From positions 96,001 through 160,000 of the forward strand of contig JBCBZT010000012.1 of assembly GCA_039815185.1 (NCBI GenBank): a stretch of DNA of 64,000 nucleotides, written 5' to 3'. Positions 19,846 through 28,646 of the stretch are shown here, in pieces (the first letter of the stretch is position 1; each line of letters opens with the position of its first letter). The position numbers and the translations under genes are program-made. This DNA comes from Cyanobacteria bacterium P01_A01_bin.123 (GTDB taxonomy: Bacteria; Cyanobacteriota; Cyanobacteriia; Phormidesmidales; Phormidesmidaceae). The notes below the pieces were generated by a model, which saw only the letters and a program-made list of their open reading frames with translations, did not search any database and was not told the DNA's origin.

Positions 19846-21495
19846 CTACGCTAAACAAGCTGCCAAATCTTCCTCAGGAGTGGTAATGGCCTGCAGCCGA
19901 TAGGTCTCGGACAAGAGCTTAAATACGTTTGGCGAGATGAATGCAGGCAGTGTCGGTCCCAAACGGATATCCTTAATGCCCAGGTGTAGTAGGGTTAGCA
20001 ATATAGCCACGGCTTTCTGTTCATACCAAGACAGAACCATGGAAAGGGGCAACTCATTGACATCCATTTCAAAGGCATTCGCTAGGGCGATCGCAATTTG
20101 AATGGCTGAGTAGGCATCGTTGCATTGCCCCACGTCCATCAGACGAGGCAACCCGGCAATTTCGCCTAAGTCGCGATCGAAGAAACGGAACTTGCCACAG
20201 GCCAAGGTCAGCACCACACAGTCATCAGGGACTTTTTCAACAAATTCGGTGTAGTAGGTGCGTCCAGGCTTGGCTCCGTCACAGCCACCTACTAAGAAGA
20301 TGTGGCGCAGCTTGCCCTGCTTAACGGCATCGATAACCGTATCGGCAACACTCAACACCGCGTTGCGGGCGAAGCCAACCGTCACCGATTTTGGCGGAGC
20401 GGCTTCAGTAAAGCCAGGAAGCGATAAAGCCTTCTCAATCACTGGTGTATAGTCAGGAATGCCGCCTTCCTCAGCAGGCAAATTGGTGAGATGGGGATAG
20501 CCGACAGGGCCAATGCTAAAGAGTTTGTTGTTGTAGTGCTCGTGGGGCGGCATCAGGCAATTGGTGGTTATTGCGATCGCGCCAGGAAACTTGGCAAAAT
20601 CCTTGGTTTGGTTCTGCCAGGCAGTGCCGTAGTGGCCGTATAGATGAGGATAAGACTGCTTGAGCTGCGGATAGCCATGGGCTGGGAGCAGTTCCCCGTG
20701 GGTGTACACCGTGATGTTGGTTCCCACTGTCTGTTTCAGAATCGCTTCTAACTGCCGAATGTCGTGGCCCGATACCAGAATGGCCTTGCCCGGCCTGGGG
20801 TTGAGCGGCACTTTAGTCGGAGTGGGGTGGCCGTAGGTAGTGGTATGTCCGGCATCCAAAAGCTCCATCGATCGCAGGTTCACTGCTCCGACTTCGAGCG
20901 CCAACTTGACCCAGTTATCCAGGCTGAGGCTTTGATTGTTGAGCGCATCTAGAGCGCGGTAGACGAAGCGATACACCTGCTCGTCTTCTTGGCCAATTTC
21001 ATAGGCATGGAAAGCGTAAGAAGCTGCCCCTTTAATGCCATACAGCACCGTCAGCTTGAGCGAAAAAATATCGACAGCATCTTTACCCACTTGGCTGATA
21101 AATTTCAGCGCGACTTCTTGTCCCTGTTCGACCAGGCTTTCGGCGACATCAGGCTCAAAGTCGGCAATCGCTGGCCAAGTGACGGATTCTTGCGTGGCTT
21201 GAAGCTGGGTCTTAAGCGCTTCACGGTGAGCCAGTGCGGTTCTGACATAGCACCTAAATCGGCTGGTATCGAAGTTCACGTTGGTCATCGTGGCAAAGAT
21301 GGCCTCACAGGTGAAGACATCCACCGCATGGGTGTCAATGCTCTGCTCTTTAGCCTGCAGTGCAACGGGAGCTAGGCTTCTGAGACAGTGAATCAATAAA
21401 TCCTGCACGGCATTCACCTCAGGACTTTTGCCACAGGCTCCAAATTGGTGGCAGCCATCGCCGCTGGCGGTCTGTTCACATTGTTCGCAAAACAT
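19846..21495 (-). CDS. hcp: hybrid cluster protein (hydroxylamine reductase / NO reductase)
   Basis: N-terminal C-X2-C-X8-C-X5-C; SGHD, THGE, TTNC, GGCDG, LACGK, GQCND and WYEQKA motifs. Confidence 0.97.
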   Translation of the reverse strand: MFCEQCEQTASGDGCHQFGACGKSPEVNAVQDLLIHCLRSLAPVALQAKEQSIDTHAVDVFTCEAIFATMTNVNFDTSRFRCYVRTALAHREALKTQLQATQESVTWPAIADFEPDVAESLVEQGQEVALKFISQVGKDAVDIFSLKLTVLYGIKGAASYAFHAYEIGQEDEQVYRFVYRALDALNNQSLSLDNWVKLALEVGAVNLRSMELLDAGHTTTYGHPTPTKVPLNPRPGKAILVSGHDIRQLEAILKQTVGTNITVYTHGELLPAHGYPQLKQSYPHLYGHYGTAWQNQTKDFAKFPGAIAITTNCLMPPHEHYNNKLFSIGPVGYPHLTNLPAEEGGIPDYTPVIEKALSLPGFTEAAPPKSVTVGFARNAVLSVADTVIDAVKQGKLRHIFLVGGCDGAKPGRTYYTEFVEKVPDDCVVLTLACGKFRFFDRDLGEIAGLPRLMDVGQCNDAYSAIQIAIALANAFEMDVNELPLSMVLSWYEQKAVAILLTLLHLGIKDIRLGPTLPAFISPNVFKLLSETYRLQAITTPEEDLAACLA

Positions 21496-21554
21496 GGGTC
21501 AGGTCTCCTCTGGCTTTCTGGTATTACTTTACGTAAGGGGGCGGAATGAATACC

Positions 21555-21568
21555 TTGACTTAAGTCAA
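21555..21568. promoter_or_regulatory. Fnr/Dnr-type palindromic operator upstream of hcp
   Basis: Perfect palindrome TTGACTTAAGTCAA, 23 nt upstream of a minus-strand TAAAGT -10 element (21526-21531). Confidence 0.8.
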
Positions 21569-21684
21569 AGACTTGACCCAGTTAGAATCAATTAGGGTAT
21601 CCACGCAGAAATTATGGAGTAACAATCCCCGCTACTTCTGATGTCATTCGTTTGCCATTGGCACAAGTTATCTGAGCACGGCCC

Positions 21685-22377
21685 ATGTTAGAACCTACCC
21701 ATCCCTTCTCAAAGCTGCTCGACTTTCTGGGTAACACCCAAATCTTTCAAGGACTGCCGCAAGAACAATTAGCTGCACTAGTCCAACTTGTTCATGTCCA
21801 GTCCTATGGCAAAGGAGAATTTGTTTTCCATCAGGGGGAAGAGGGCCGTGGCTTCTTTATCGTACAATCAGGTCGCATCAAGGTTTTTCAGCTTTCTGCC
21901 AGTGGACGCGAGCAAATTTTGCATGTTTTCGGGGCAGGAGATCACTTTGCCGAAGTTCCTGCCTTTGACGGTCAGTGTTTTCCGGCCTCCGCCGCTGCTT
22001 TGGAAAAGTCTGAAGTCCTGTTCTTCCCTCGTCAGCTCTTTCTAGAACTTCTAGAACGGAACCCGACTCTAGCAATCAACATGCTGAAAAGCTTTGCCCG
22101 TCATCTGCGACGTTTTCCTAACTTGGTAGACAACCTTTCCTTACGAGAAGTGCCAGGGCGCTTAGCTTCCTACCTACTGACGCTATGCGACCCGGCAGAC
22201 GACATCAGCCAAATAGAATTGACGCTCAACAAAGGGCAATTGGCAGCAATGTTGGGTACTATCCCTGAGACCCTTTCTCGGGTTTTTCATAAATTCAGCC
22301 GTGCTGGGATTATCACGCTAGAGGGTTCCAAAATCACAGTGCTGGATCGCGATCGCTTGCGCCAGATGGCTCAATAG
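21685..22377 (+). CDS. Crp/Fnr family regulator (HcpR/Dnr-like)
   Basis: cNMP-binding-fold domain plus HTH LAAMLGTIPETLSR; no Fnr Cys cluster; divergent from hcp. Confidence 0.92.
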   Translation: MLEPTHPFSKLLDFLGNTQIFQGLPQEQLAALVQLVHVQSYGKGEFVFHQGEEGRGFFIVQSGRIKVFQLSASGREQILHVFGAGDHFAEVPAFDGQCFPASAAALEKSEVLFFPRQLFLELLERNPTLAINMLKSFARHLRRFPNLVDNLSLREVPGRLASYLLTLCDPADDISQIELTLNKGQLAAMLGTIPETLSRVFHKFSRAGIITLEGSKITVLDRDRLRQMAQ

Positions 22378-22391
22378 ACATCGCACGTGCC

Positions 22392-22435
22392 ATACATGCC
22401 CCTGTTCTAAAACGGGTTCTGAAAGGGGCATGTAT
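22392..22435. terminator. hairpin between convergent genes
   Basis: ATACATGCCCCT...AGGGGCATGTAT arms. Confidence 0.6.
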
Positions 22436-22495
22436 AGCAGTCGCCAGTTCCGTTAGGGCAAGATCGTTTCAAACCAGGTCTTAGCTTTAGGTCGC

Positions 22496-23254
22496 TCAAC
22501 CCAACCCTTTAGTCTGCAAAATGGCGATCGCTCCACCCATGTATTCAAACACGGCGGCGTCTGCCGCCCCTTGACTAGCCTTGGCTGGCCCTTCCTGCTG
22601 ATACATTGTGTTCAGCGATCGCGCAATGCCAGCATCGCCTCCCGTAAACATCTGAATCAGTTCCTGCCAGCGTTGAGCAATGCGCTGGACTCCCTCACTG
22701 GCCGGATCAACAGCGTTTTCCATAGCAGTGCGAGCTTGGGCAATCAGCTGTGTCCACTCAGCCTCAACTTGGTGGATAGCATCTTCGCCCAATTGTTCTC
22801 GACGCTGCTTCAAGGTTTCCAATTGGTCAGGGGTGTAGTAATTTTCAATCATGGTGATTGCCTCAATAGTTTGTAGCAAGTTTTCAATCGTCACCGATGC
22901 ATCTGGCGTACTGGCGATCGCTTCTAAGCGATTAAGCAACTGATGCGATCGCTCAATCTGTTCTTTCAAACGATTGATATGGAGCTGAGTGACATGCTTT
23001 AGAGAAAATTCTGGCTGTTCCAAGCAGTCTCGAATTTCTTCTAGGGAAAAGCCAAGCTGTCGCAATGACATGATTTGCTGCAACCTGACAATATCTTCAG
23101 GGCCATACAAACGATGTTCCGTATCCGTCCGCTGAGACGGCGAAAGTAATCCAATTTCGTCGTAATAGTGCAGCGTCCGAATTGAAATTCCCGCTTGTTT
23201 GGCAAGCTTGCCAACCTTCATGCCATTAATTTTCTGATCAGATTGCATCGTCAT
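22496..23254 (-). CDS. MerR family regulator with a TipAS-like ligand-binding domain
   Basis: VGKLAKQAGISIRTLHYYDEIGLL HTH; C-terminal DPASEGVQRIAQRWQELI. Confidence 0.92.
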   Translation of the reverse strand: MTMQSDQKINGMKVGKLAKQAGISIRTLHYYDEIGLLSPSQRTDTEHRLYGPEDIVRLQQIMSLRQLGFSLEEIRDCLEQPEFSLKHVTQLHINRLKEQIERSHQLLNRLEAIASTPDASVTIENLLQTIEAITMIENYYTPDQLETLKQRREQLGEDAIHQVEAEWTQLIAQARTAMENAVDPASEGVQRIAQRWQELIQMFTGGDAGIARSLNTMYQQEGPAKASQGAADAAVFEYMGGAIAILQTKGLG

Positions 23255-23282
23255 CAGCCTCTCCAGATGGGGTGATAATTCG

Positions 23283-23313
23283 ATGCTAGAACCTGACGTT
23301 ACGTGAGGATCAA
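23283..23313 (-). promoter_or_regulatory. MerR-type promoter with a 19-bp spacer and dyad operator
   Basis: Minus strand TTGATC-ctcacgtaacgtcaggttc (19 nt)-TAGCAT; dyad CCTCACGT-A-ACGTCAGG resembles TipA/Mta operators. Confidence 0.85.
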
Positions 23314-23393
23314 GGGCTAAACCACAAATTCAGAAATGACTGATTGGACGATGTGCGATCGCACCACTATGCAGCTATGGTGCGACTACCTGC

Positions 23394-24950
23394 GTGCTAT
23401 CTCCAGAAACAGCGGTTGCTTTTATGACTATCCATCGCAGAACAAGCTTGTCAATCCGCCGGACATACCAGCAGCTTCACAAAAGCTGGGCTCAGCTAAG
23501 GCAGACCCTCTTTCCCACCAAGCCAGCCGCCTACATCAAGTGGCAACAGGAGTTTTTGCACAAACGACTAGGCTTTGGGCTCTGGATCGGATTGATTTGT
23601 TTCTTGATTTCTGCTGGCCATGGACTATACATCTACTTATTTGAGATTGACCAGATTCGGGCCGATTTAGACGACTTCTACGGAGAACCCGGCCTCACCA
23701 ATCAATTTAGAGAAATTAGCGTGATTGGGTTCTTTGTCATCGTCGGGCTGATATTAATTTGTCTATTCATTCAGAGAACTCAATGGGGGAAACGTCATCC
23801 GGCACTTGTTTTTCTGATATTTGCCAGTGCTGTGAATGGGTTTGCCACCCAGATCATCTCCACATTTTACGGTATCCCGATTGCGCCGACCTCAACGGTT
23901 TTCCTTGTCTTTGCAGTGCTTGCACCGCTGCGTTGGCGGTTGCATTTACTGGCACAAATGTTGCCGATCACTTATTACACAATTGTTTTACCGATCGTTG
24001 GGTTTACCGAAATTGGCAATCGATCTGTTTTTGACACCGTCTATAGTGTCGGCACATTTATCGAACTCGGTTTAGTTTGCTTAATCTGCAATGCAGGGGT
24101 TTTTGTCTATGAAAAGCTGCGTCTCTCCGAGTTTGAGTCGCGCCGAGAGCTGCAGATATTTTTACACGCGATTTCCCATGACCTGCGTAACCCAGTGATG
24201 GGAACTTCAGTGGTAATTAAGAGCCTATTGGACAAATCAGTAAATGGGCAGGTCAAGATCAGCACGCCAATGCTCGAGCGACTTTTGCAAGGTAGCGATC
24301 GCCAACTGGCCCTGATCAACGCTTTGATCGAAGCCTATCACGCCGATGCTCAAGGTATGACACTCCACCGTCAGCCGCTGCAACTCAATACCCTTGTGCA
24401 GACTGTTCTAGCCGACGTTGAGCTCAAGCTGATGCAAAACAAAGTTGAGATTCACAATGCTATTGGTTCAGATCTGCCGTTGATTAATGCTGATCAAACC
24501 CATATGTGGCGAGTGTTGAACAATCTAATTGACAATGCGCTCAAGCACAATCCACCAGGGATTCAACTGACCTTAGCGGCAGAGGTTGGTAAAGATGTGT
24601 GGCGCTCCGCTTGGCAACCTAACGGATTATGTGCGCAGCCCAAAAGGCTACCAAAACCATTGCGTCAAAAGCCTTCAAGACTAAAGTCAGTGCCAATGCT
24701 CTACTGCTGTGTCCAAGACAATGGTATCGGGATTCCCCCTGATCAATGCCAGCAGCTTTTCGAGCTTTATAGCCGAGGTAAGCGGGCGCGCTATATGCCA
24801 GGCATCGGTTTAGGACTTTACCTCTGCAAACAAATTATTACCGCCCACGGTGGAGAAATTGGCGTTGTCAGTCAGCCAGGTAAGGGGTCAACGTTTTGGT
24901 TTACGTTGCCATTAGCCACACCAAGAGCACCATCACCCCCAGAGAGCTAG
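23394..24950 (+). CDS. membrane-bound sensor histidine kinase
   Basis: About 6 TM segments; H-box ISHDLRNP, N-box NLIDNALKH, DNGIGI and GIGLGL; exact start uncertain. Confidence 0.92.
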   Translation: MLSPETAVAFMTIHRRTSLSIRRTYQQLHKSWAQLRQTLFPTKPAAYIKWQQEFLHKRLGFGLWIGLICFLISAGHGLYIYLFEIDQIRADLDDFYGEPGLTNQFREISVIGFFVIVGLILICLFIQRTQWGKRHPALVFLIFASAVNGFATQIISTFYGIPIAPTSTVFLVFAVLAPLRWRLHLLAQMLPITYYTIVLPIVGFTEIGNRSVFDTVYSVGTFIELGLVCLICNAGVFVYEKLRLSEFESRRELQIFLHAISHDLRNPVMGTSVVIKSLLDKSVNGQVKISTPMLERLLQGSDRQLALINALIEAYHADAQGMTLHRQPLQLNTLVQTVLADVELKLMQNKVEIHNAIGSDLPLINADQTHMWRVLNNLIDNALKHNPPGIQLTLAAEVGKDVWRSAWQPNGLCAQPKRLPKPLRQKPSRLKSVPMLYCCVQDNGIGIPPDQCQQLFELYSRGKRARYMPGIGLGLYLCKQIITAHGGEIGVVSQPGKGSTFWFTLPLATPRAPSPPES

Positions 24951-25121
24951 ATCCTCATAGCTTCAAAGACGGGTGCGGGTAGGGATTCACATCACTACCC
25001 AGATATCTGCTGTGTGAAAGCTGTATCAAACAACGATTGATGCCAAAGCTAGCAAACTCCAGTAGGCATGTCCTAAGTTCAAGTTCATATCAGCGATCGC
25101 TGACATGAATCCCCAATCTAC

Positions 25122-25159
25122 CTGACCAACCGGACACTTCTGATTGTCCAGTTGGTCAG
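25122..25159. other. intergenic hairpin
   Basis: CTGACCAACCGGACA...TGTCCAGTTGGTCAG. Confidence 0.5.
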
Positions 25160-25285
25160 CCCATGACAACCAGGCAGATGATGTAGCCGCTCTACCCCTA
25201 GCGTCATTGTTTAAGGGCGCAAGAGTTGAAATGTTTTGATCCTGCGCTTTGAGTCTCTGATAGAAAACCTGTAGGAAATCTGCTT

Positions 25286-26281
25286 ATGCCTGGGAAACTA
25301 TTCAAAAAAATTGGCTTAACAGCCCTCTTTGTAGGGCTTTCCACTGCTTTTGCCACTGCCAACGCAGCTCCAGATCCAGTCTTTGATTCAGTGATTGACG
25401 ACATTCGCAGTGAGTTACCTGAAGGTTGGCAATTTCGTTTACCTTCAGAGATGCCACTAGACAGCGAAATCTATCCTTTTGTGAGTGAAGCGAGCGACAC
25501 CAAGCTGGTCGTCAGTCTGGGCATCACGCCCGACTGTACTTCAGCAGACTGTACGATCGGGGTGATTGGTGCCGTGGATGCAGGCGCAAGCAGTTGGCCT
25601 CCTGAAGGCGAAAGCGTGACACCCGTTGATCTGGGCCAAGATGAGCTAGGCCAAGACTTAGAGGGCTATTACCTGCTGCAAGGGGAAGGTACTGCCACGA
25701 ATCAACTCGTCATGTGGCAGCAAGATGGGCTCCTGTATGGCATTGTGACCGTTGCAGATGCGCTACCCCAAGAGCAGCTTGTGGCAGTGGCCAGTTCAAT
25801 GGCGAGTGAACCCCCCATTGACGGTGACGCATCGATGACAGAGCCGCCTATTGACGGTGAGCCCCCTGTTACAGAACCGCCCATTGATGGTGAGCCCCCC
25901 GTCACAGAACCGCCGATTACAGAACCGCCGGTTGACAGCGTACCCCCTGTGACCGAACCGCCGATCACCGAACCCCCTGTTGACGGCGTCCCCCCTGTGA
26001 CCGAGCCACCCATTGATGGTGAACCCCCTGTCACAGAACCACCTATCGATGGTGAGCCGCCTGTGACCGAGCCACCCATTGATGGTGAGCCGCCTGTCAC
26101 TGAGCCCCCGATTACAGAGCCGCCCATTGATAGTGGTGTACCCCCTGTCACTGAGCCACCCATTGATGGTGAACCCCCTGTGACCGAGCCGCCCATTGAT
26201 AGCGAGCCGCCCGTGACGGAACCCCCGATTGACAGTGAACCGCCTGTAACCGAGCCCCCGATTGAAGATGAAGCACCCTAA
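25286..26281 (+). CDS. exported protein with a Pro-rich acidic tandem-repeat tail
   Basis: Signal peptide ending ANA-A, a globular domain, then EPPIDGEPPVT repeats. Confidence 0.85.
   Translation: MPGKLFKKIGLTALFVGLSTAFATANAAPDPVFDSVIDDIRSELPEGWQFRLPSEMPLDSEIYPFVSEASDTKLVVSLGITPDCTSADCTIGVIGAVDAGASSWPPEGESVTPVDLGQDELGQDLEGYYLLQGEGTATNQLVMWQQDGLLYGIVTVADALPQEQLVAVASSMASEPPIDGDASMTEPPIDGEPPVTEPPIDGEPPVTEPPITEPPVDSVPPVTEPPITEPPVDGVPPVTEPPIDGEPPVTEPPIDGEPPVTEPPIDGEPPVTEPPITEPPIDSGVPPVTEPPIDGEPPVTEPPIDSEPPVTEPPIDSEPPVTEPPIEDEAP
25804..26265 (+). repeat. coding tandem repeat (33-nt EPPIDGEPPVT and 15-nt EPPIT units)
   Basis: Units are conserved at protein level with synonymous third-position variation. 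Confidence 0.9.
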
Positions 26282-26313
26282 CGGATCCTCCCGTTAGCCC
26301 TTAAGCGCTTTCC

Positions 26314-26418
26314 ATAACGCTGGCCAGATTGCTTAAGACACCGAGTATCGCTGGGATGCTGAGTATACAAGCAATCTGGCTCGCCGTAGCGCCCAAAGCT
26401 TGGGGCGCTACGGCTATA
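26314..26418 (+). repeat. ~105-bp structured intergenic repeat (MITE-like), copy 3
   Basis: GCCAGATTGCTT...AAGCAATCTGGC plus GCCGTAGCGCCC...GGGCGCTACGGC, ending GCTATA. Confidence 0.85.
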
Positions 26419-26513
26419 CCATCCCGTCGCCTTTAGGAATTGCTTGGTTGTTATGGCATTCTCAACGCCCAGTAACATCCAGTCACTAGCGCCTAGCATG
26501 ACAGTCTCAGCAC

Positions 26514-27160
26514 CTATTCACCCACGTGCTTTTCTTCTGGAAAATAGCTTTTTAGATAATTGAAGGCGAGTCTCTGCGTTTCCTGCACGAGTCGTTGACG
26601 GAAATCAGGTGCTTGCCCCGAAGAAATCCAGAGTAAATTGCCCATTGCCTTGACGAGAACAAACGCGATCGCCTCGCAGTCTTCTGCACTTAAGACATCA
26701 TTCAGTTTAGAAAAAATCCTTACGAATGCCTGAACCAATTGATTATCCGTCGCTTCATTTATTTCAGGCATGCTGGTTGTGATTTCTACAAAAGTAGCGC
26801 GGTAGCCAGGATTTTCGCGAAAAAAGCCGTTGATTCCCTGGGTTAAGCGATTCACATACTCCGATAGGGGAAGTTGCATCATCGCTTCCGTCTCAAAAAC
26901 CTGCAACTGCTGGTTGAGTAAATCCGTATATTGCTCCGCCAAAGCCTGCAAAATCGCTGTCTTATCGGGAAAAACTGGTACAGCGTACCGATCGGTACCT
27001 CCGCTTCCGCTGCGATCTGTTTCGTGGTTGCAGCAGTATATCCCTGCTCAACAAATATTGCTGCCGCCATCTCCAAAATTCGATTAACCCGTTCTAAACT
27101 GCGGGCCTGCTTGGGCTTGCGCCATTTTCGCACGATCGTCTCTGAAGATTGTTCGGTCAT
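26514..27160 (-). pseudogene. TetR family regulator, frameshifted
   Basis: The HTH (ATTKQIAAEAEVPIGTLYQFFP) continues as DKTAILQALAEQY in another frame; one base is missing in the TTTTTCCC run near 26968-26975. Confidence 0.88.
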
Positions 27161-27175
27161 TTCGTCAATTCCTTC

Positions 27176-27229
27176 TTGACATAACATGAGCTTAACTCAT
27201 ATATTCAAAAACGTGAGCTTAACTCATAT
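27176..27229. promoter_or_regulatory. paired TetR-type operators overlapping a promoter
   Basis: ATGAGcttaaCTCAT (27186-27200) and GTGAGcttaaCTCAT (27213-27227); TTGACA-N18-TATATT on the + strand brackets the first. Confidence 0.8.
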
Positions 27230-27251
27230 CTTAATTTGAAGGAATATCGGA

Positions 27252-27620
27252 ATGCCACATTCTGGGCAGCTTCGCATCAATCTATTTGGTCATCTGCGAT
27301 TAACGTTTGAGAACCAGCCGATTGCTAGTTTGCGGACGGATCGGTATCAATCGCTGTTGGCCTATTTTGTCCTTCAGGCGCGATCGCCTCAACCCCGCTC
27401 TCAGCTGGCTGGCTTATTTTGGCCAGATATTCCTGAGGCCAAGACTAAAGCCAGCCTTAGACAAGAGCTATACCGGCTCAAAAAGATGCTGCCCCAGGCA
27501 GATCAATTTTTACAGGTAACCGCAAAGACCGTGCAGTGGTTACCACAGCTTCCCCCAAACTCGTCTCCCAGTCAGAGTGACACGTGCTCAAACGGGGCTA
27601 GCTCAGGGATGGGTATTTGA
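27252..27620 (+). pseudogene. N-terminal fragment of a SARP/AfsR-type (wHTH-BTAD) regulator
   Basis: LRINLFGHLRL...LLAYFVL...RSQLAGLFWPD...ASLRQELYRLKK; similarity ends after about 100 aa. Confidence 0.7.
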
Positions 27621-27981
27621 TGAGGGTACCTCTCTACCTGTGCAGCTGCGAGTTCTAAACTTCTATGCCAACGGTGACATCACCTACGTAGCAAAAATCA
27701 ATGGTGTCGGGCTAAGAGAGGGAGATTTTGTTTCAAAAGGACAGCTCCTGGCTACGATTGACGACCGCAGACAAACCTCTAGCATCGAAACCGCAGAAGC
27801 TGATATTCAGGTGGCTATTAATCAGCGGGAGCAATCAGAAGCTTCGCTTTTACAGGCTCAAGCCAATTTAGATAAGACTGAATCTGATCTGGCCTTAGCA
27901 CAAACAGAACTCCAGCGTTATCAATCTCTGTTTGAACGAGGGGTAGTGGCAGAGAGCTATCGCGATGCTGGCGATAGCTAA
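27577..27981 (+). pseudogene. internal fragment of an RND efflux periplasmic adaptor (HlyD family)
   Basis: LREGDFVSKGQLLATIDD lipoyl half-motif plus a coiled coil; lacks the N-terminal anchor and the C-terminal half. Confidence 0.75.
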
Positions 27982-28293
27982 TGTTACTTACAACCCTTTT
28001 GCAGTTGCTCTGGTAACAGAATTGGCTCCCAAACCTTCTCTTGGCATTTATCTATCTCTAAATGCTCAATGCTGGACAATTGGTTACTGACTTGGCCCGC
28101 TAGTAGGGGGGTGATCACTCGCTCAAAATGAAAAAATTGCTCATGGGCTTTGGGCTACTGTGTCTCTCAGTACGCTGGTTGGAGTGCTTATGCTAAGGCG
28201 ACTCACCAGGTTGCAAAGGACAACTGACTGATTACAATTCGGTTGCATCTAATCAAGCAAATTCCAACCACATATGTGTCGCTTGCTGAAGCG

Positions 28294-28379
28294 AGCTAAC
28301 GGTGCAGTTGTGCGGCGGCCAATACTTTTGCATTGATGCCTGAATTGTAAATTCCGTCCGCTCCTGCGTAGGGTTAGAC
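28294..28379 (-). mobile_element. integron attC site (partly degenerate)
   Basis: Minus strand GTCTAAC-N5-GCAGGAGCGGACGG...CCGCCGCACAAC-N6-GTTAGCT: R''/R' boxes, 5/6-nt spacers and a GCGG(A)CGG/CCGCCGC stem with one extrahelical base; 86 bp. Confidence 0.75.
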
Positions 28380-28646
28380 GACAGGATCAAGCAGTTGTCC
28401 CATGTCTATCTCGGGGCCTATGTTAGCCTGAAATCGATTGCTTCAAGGAATTTATGAGAATGGTGCGGTCTTCAAAATTTAGTGGTGAGGCATTATGAAG
28501 TTACATCAGAGATCGCACCTTACAGCTAAGTTAGACACTTTGTCCTTTACATACGTTTCAACATAAAATTAGGTTCGCAAAAACCTATAATCCATGAGTC
28601 TTGTGCCTCAATCTGGTTTGTAAAGTGACTGGTTCTCACTCCTTTT

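Noticed and set aside
22433..22460. TATAGCAGTCGCCAG..., resembling a MITE/IS end
   Set aside because: No matching second end found; the similarity rests on recollection only
25804..26265. Tandem repeats and the antisense GGSVTGGSPS ORF
   Set aside because: A coding repeat of the + strand gene; the antisense ORF is its shadow
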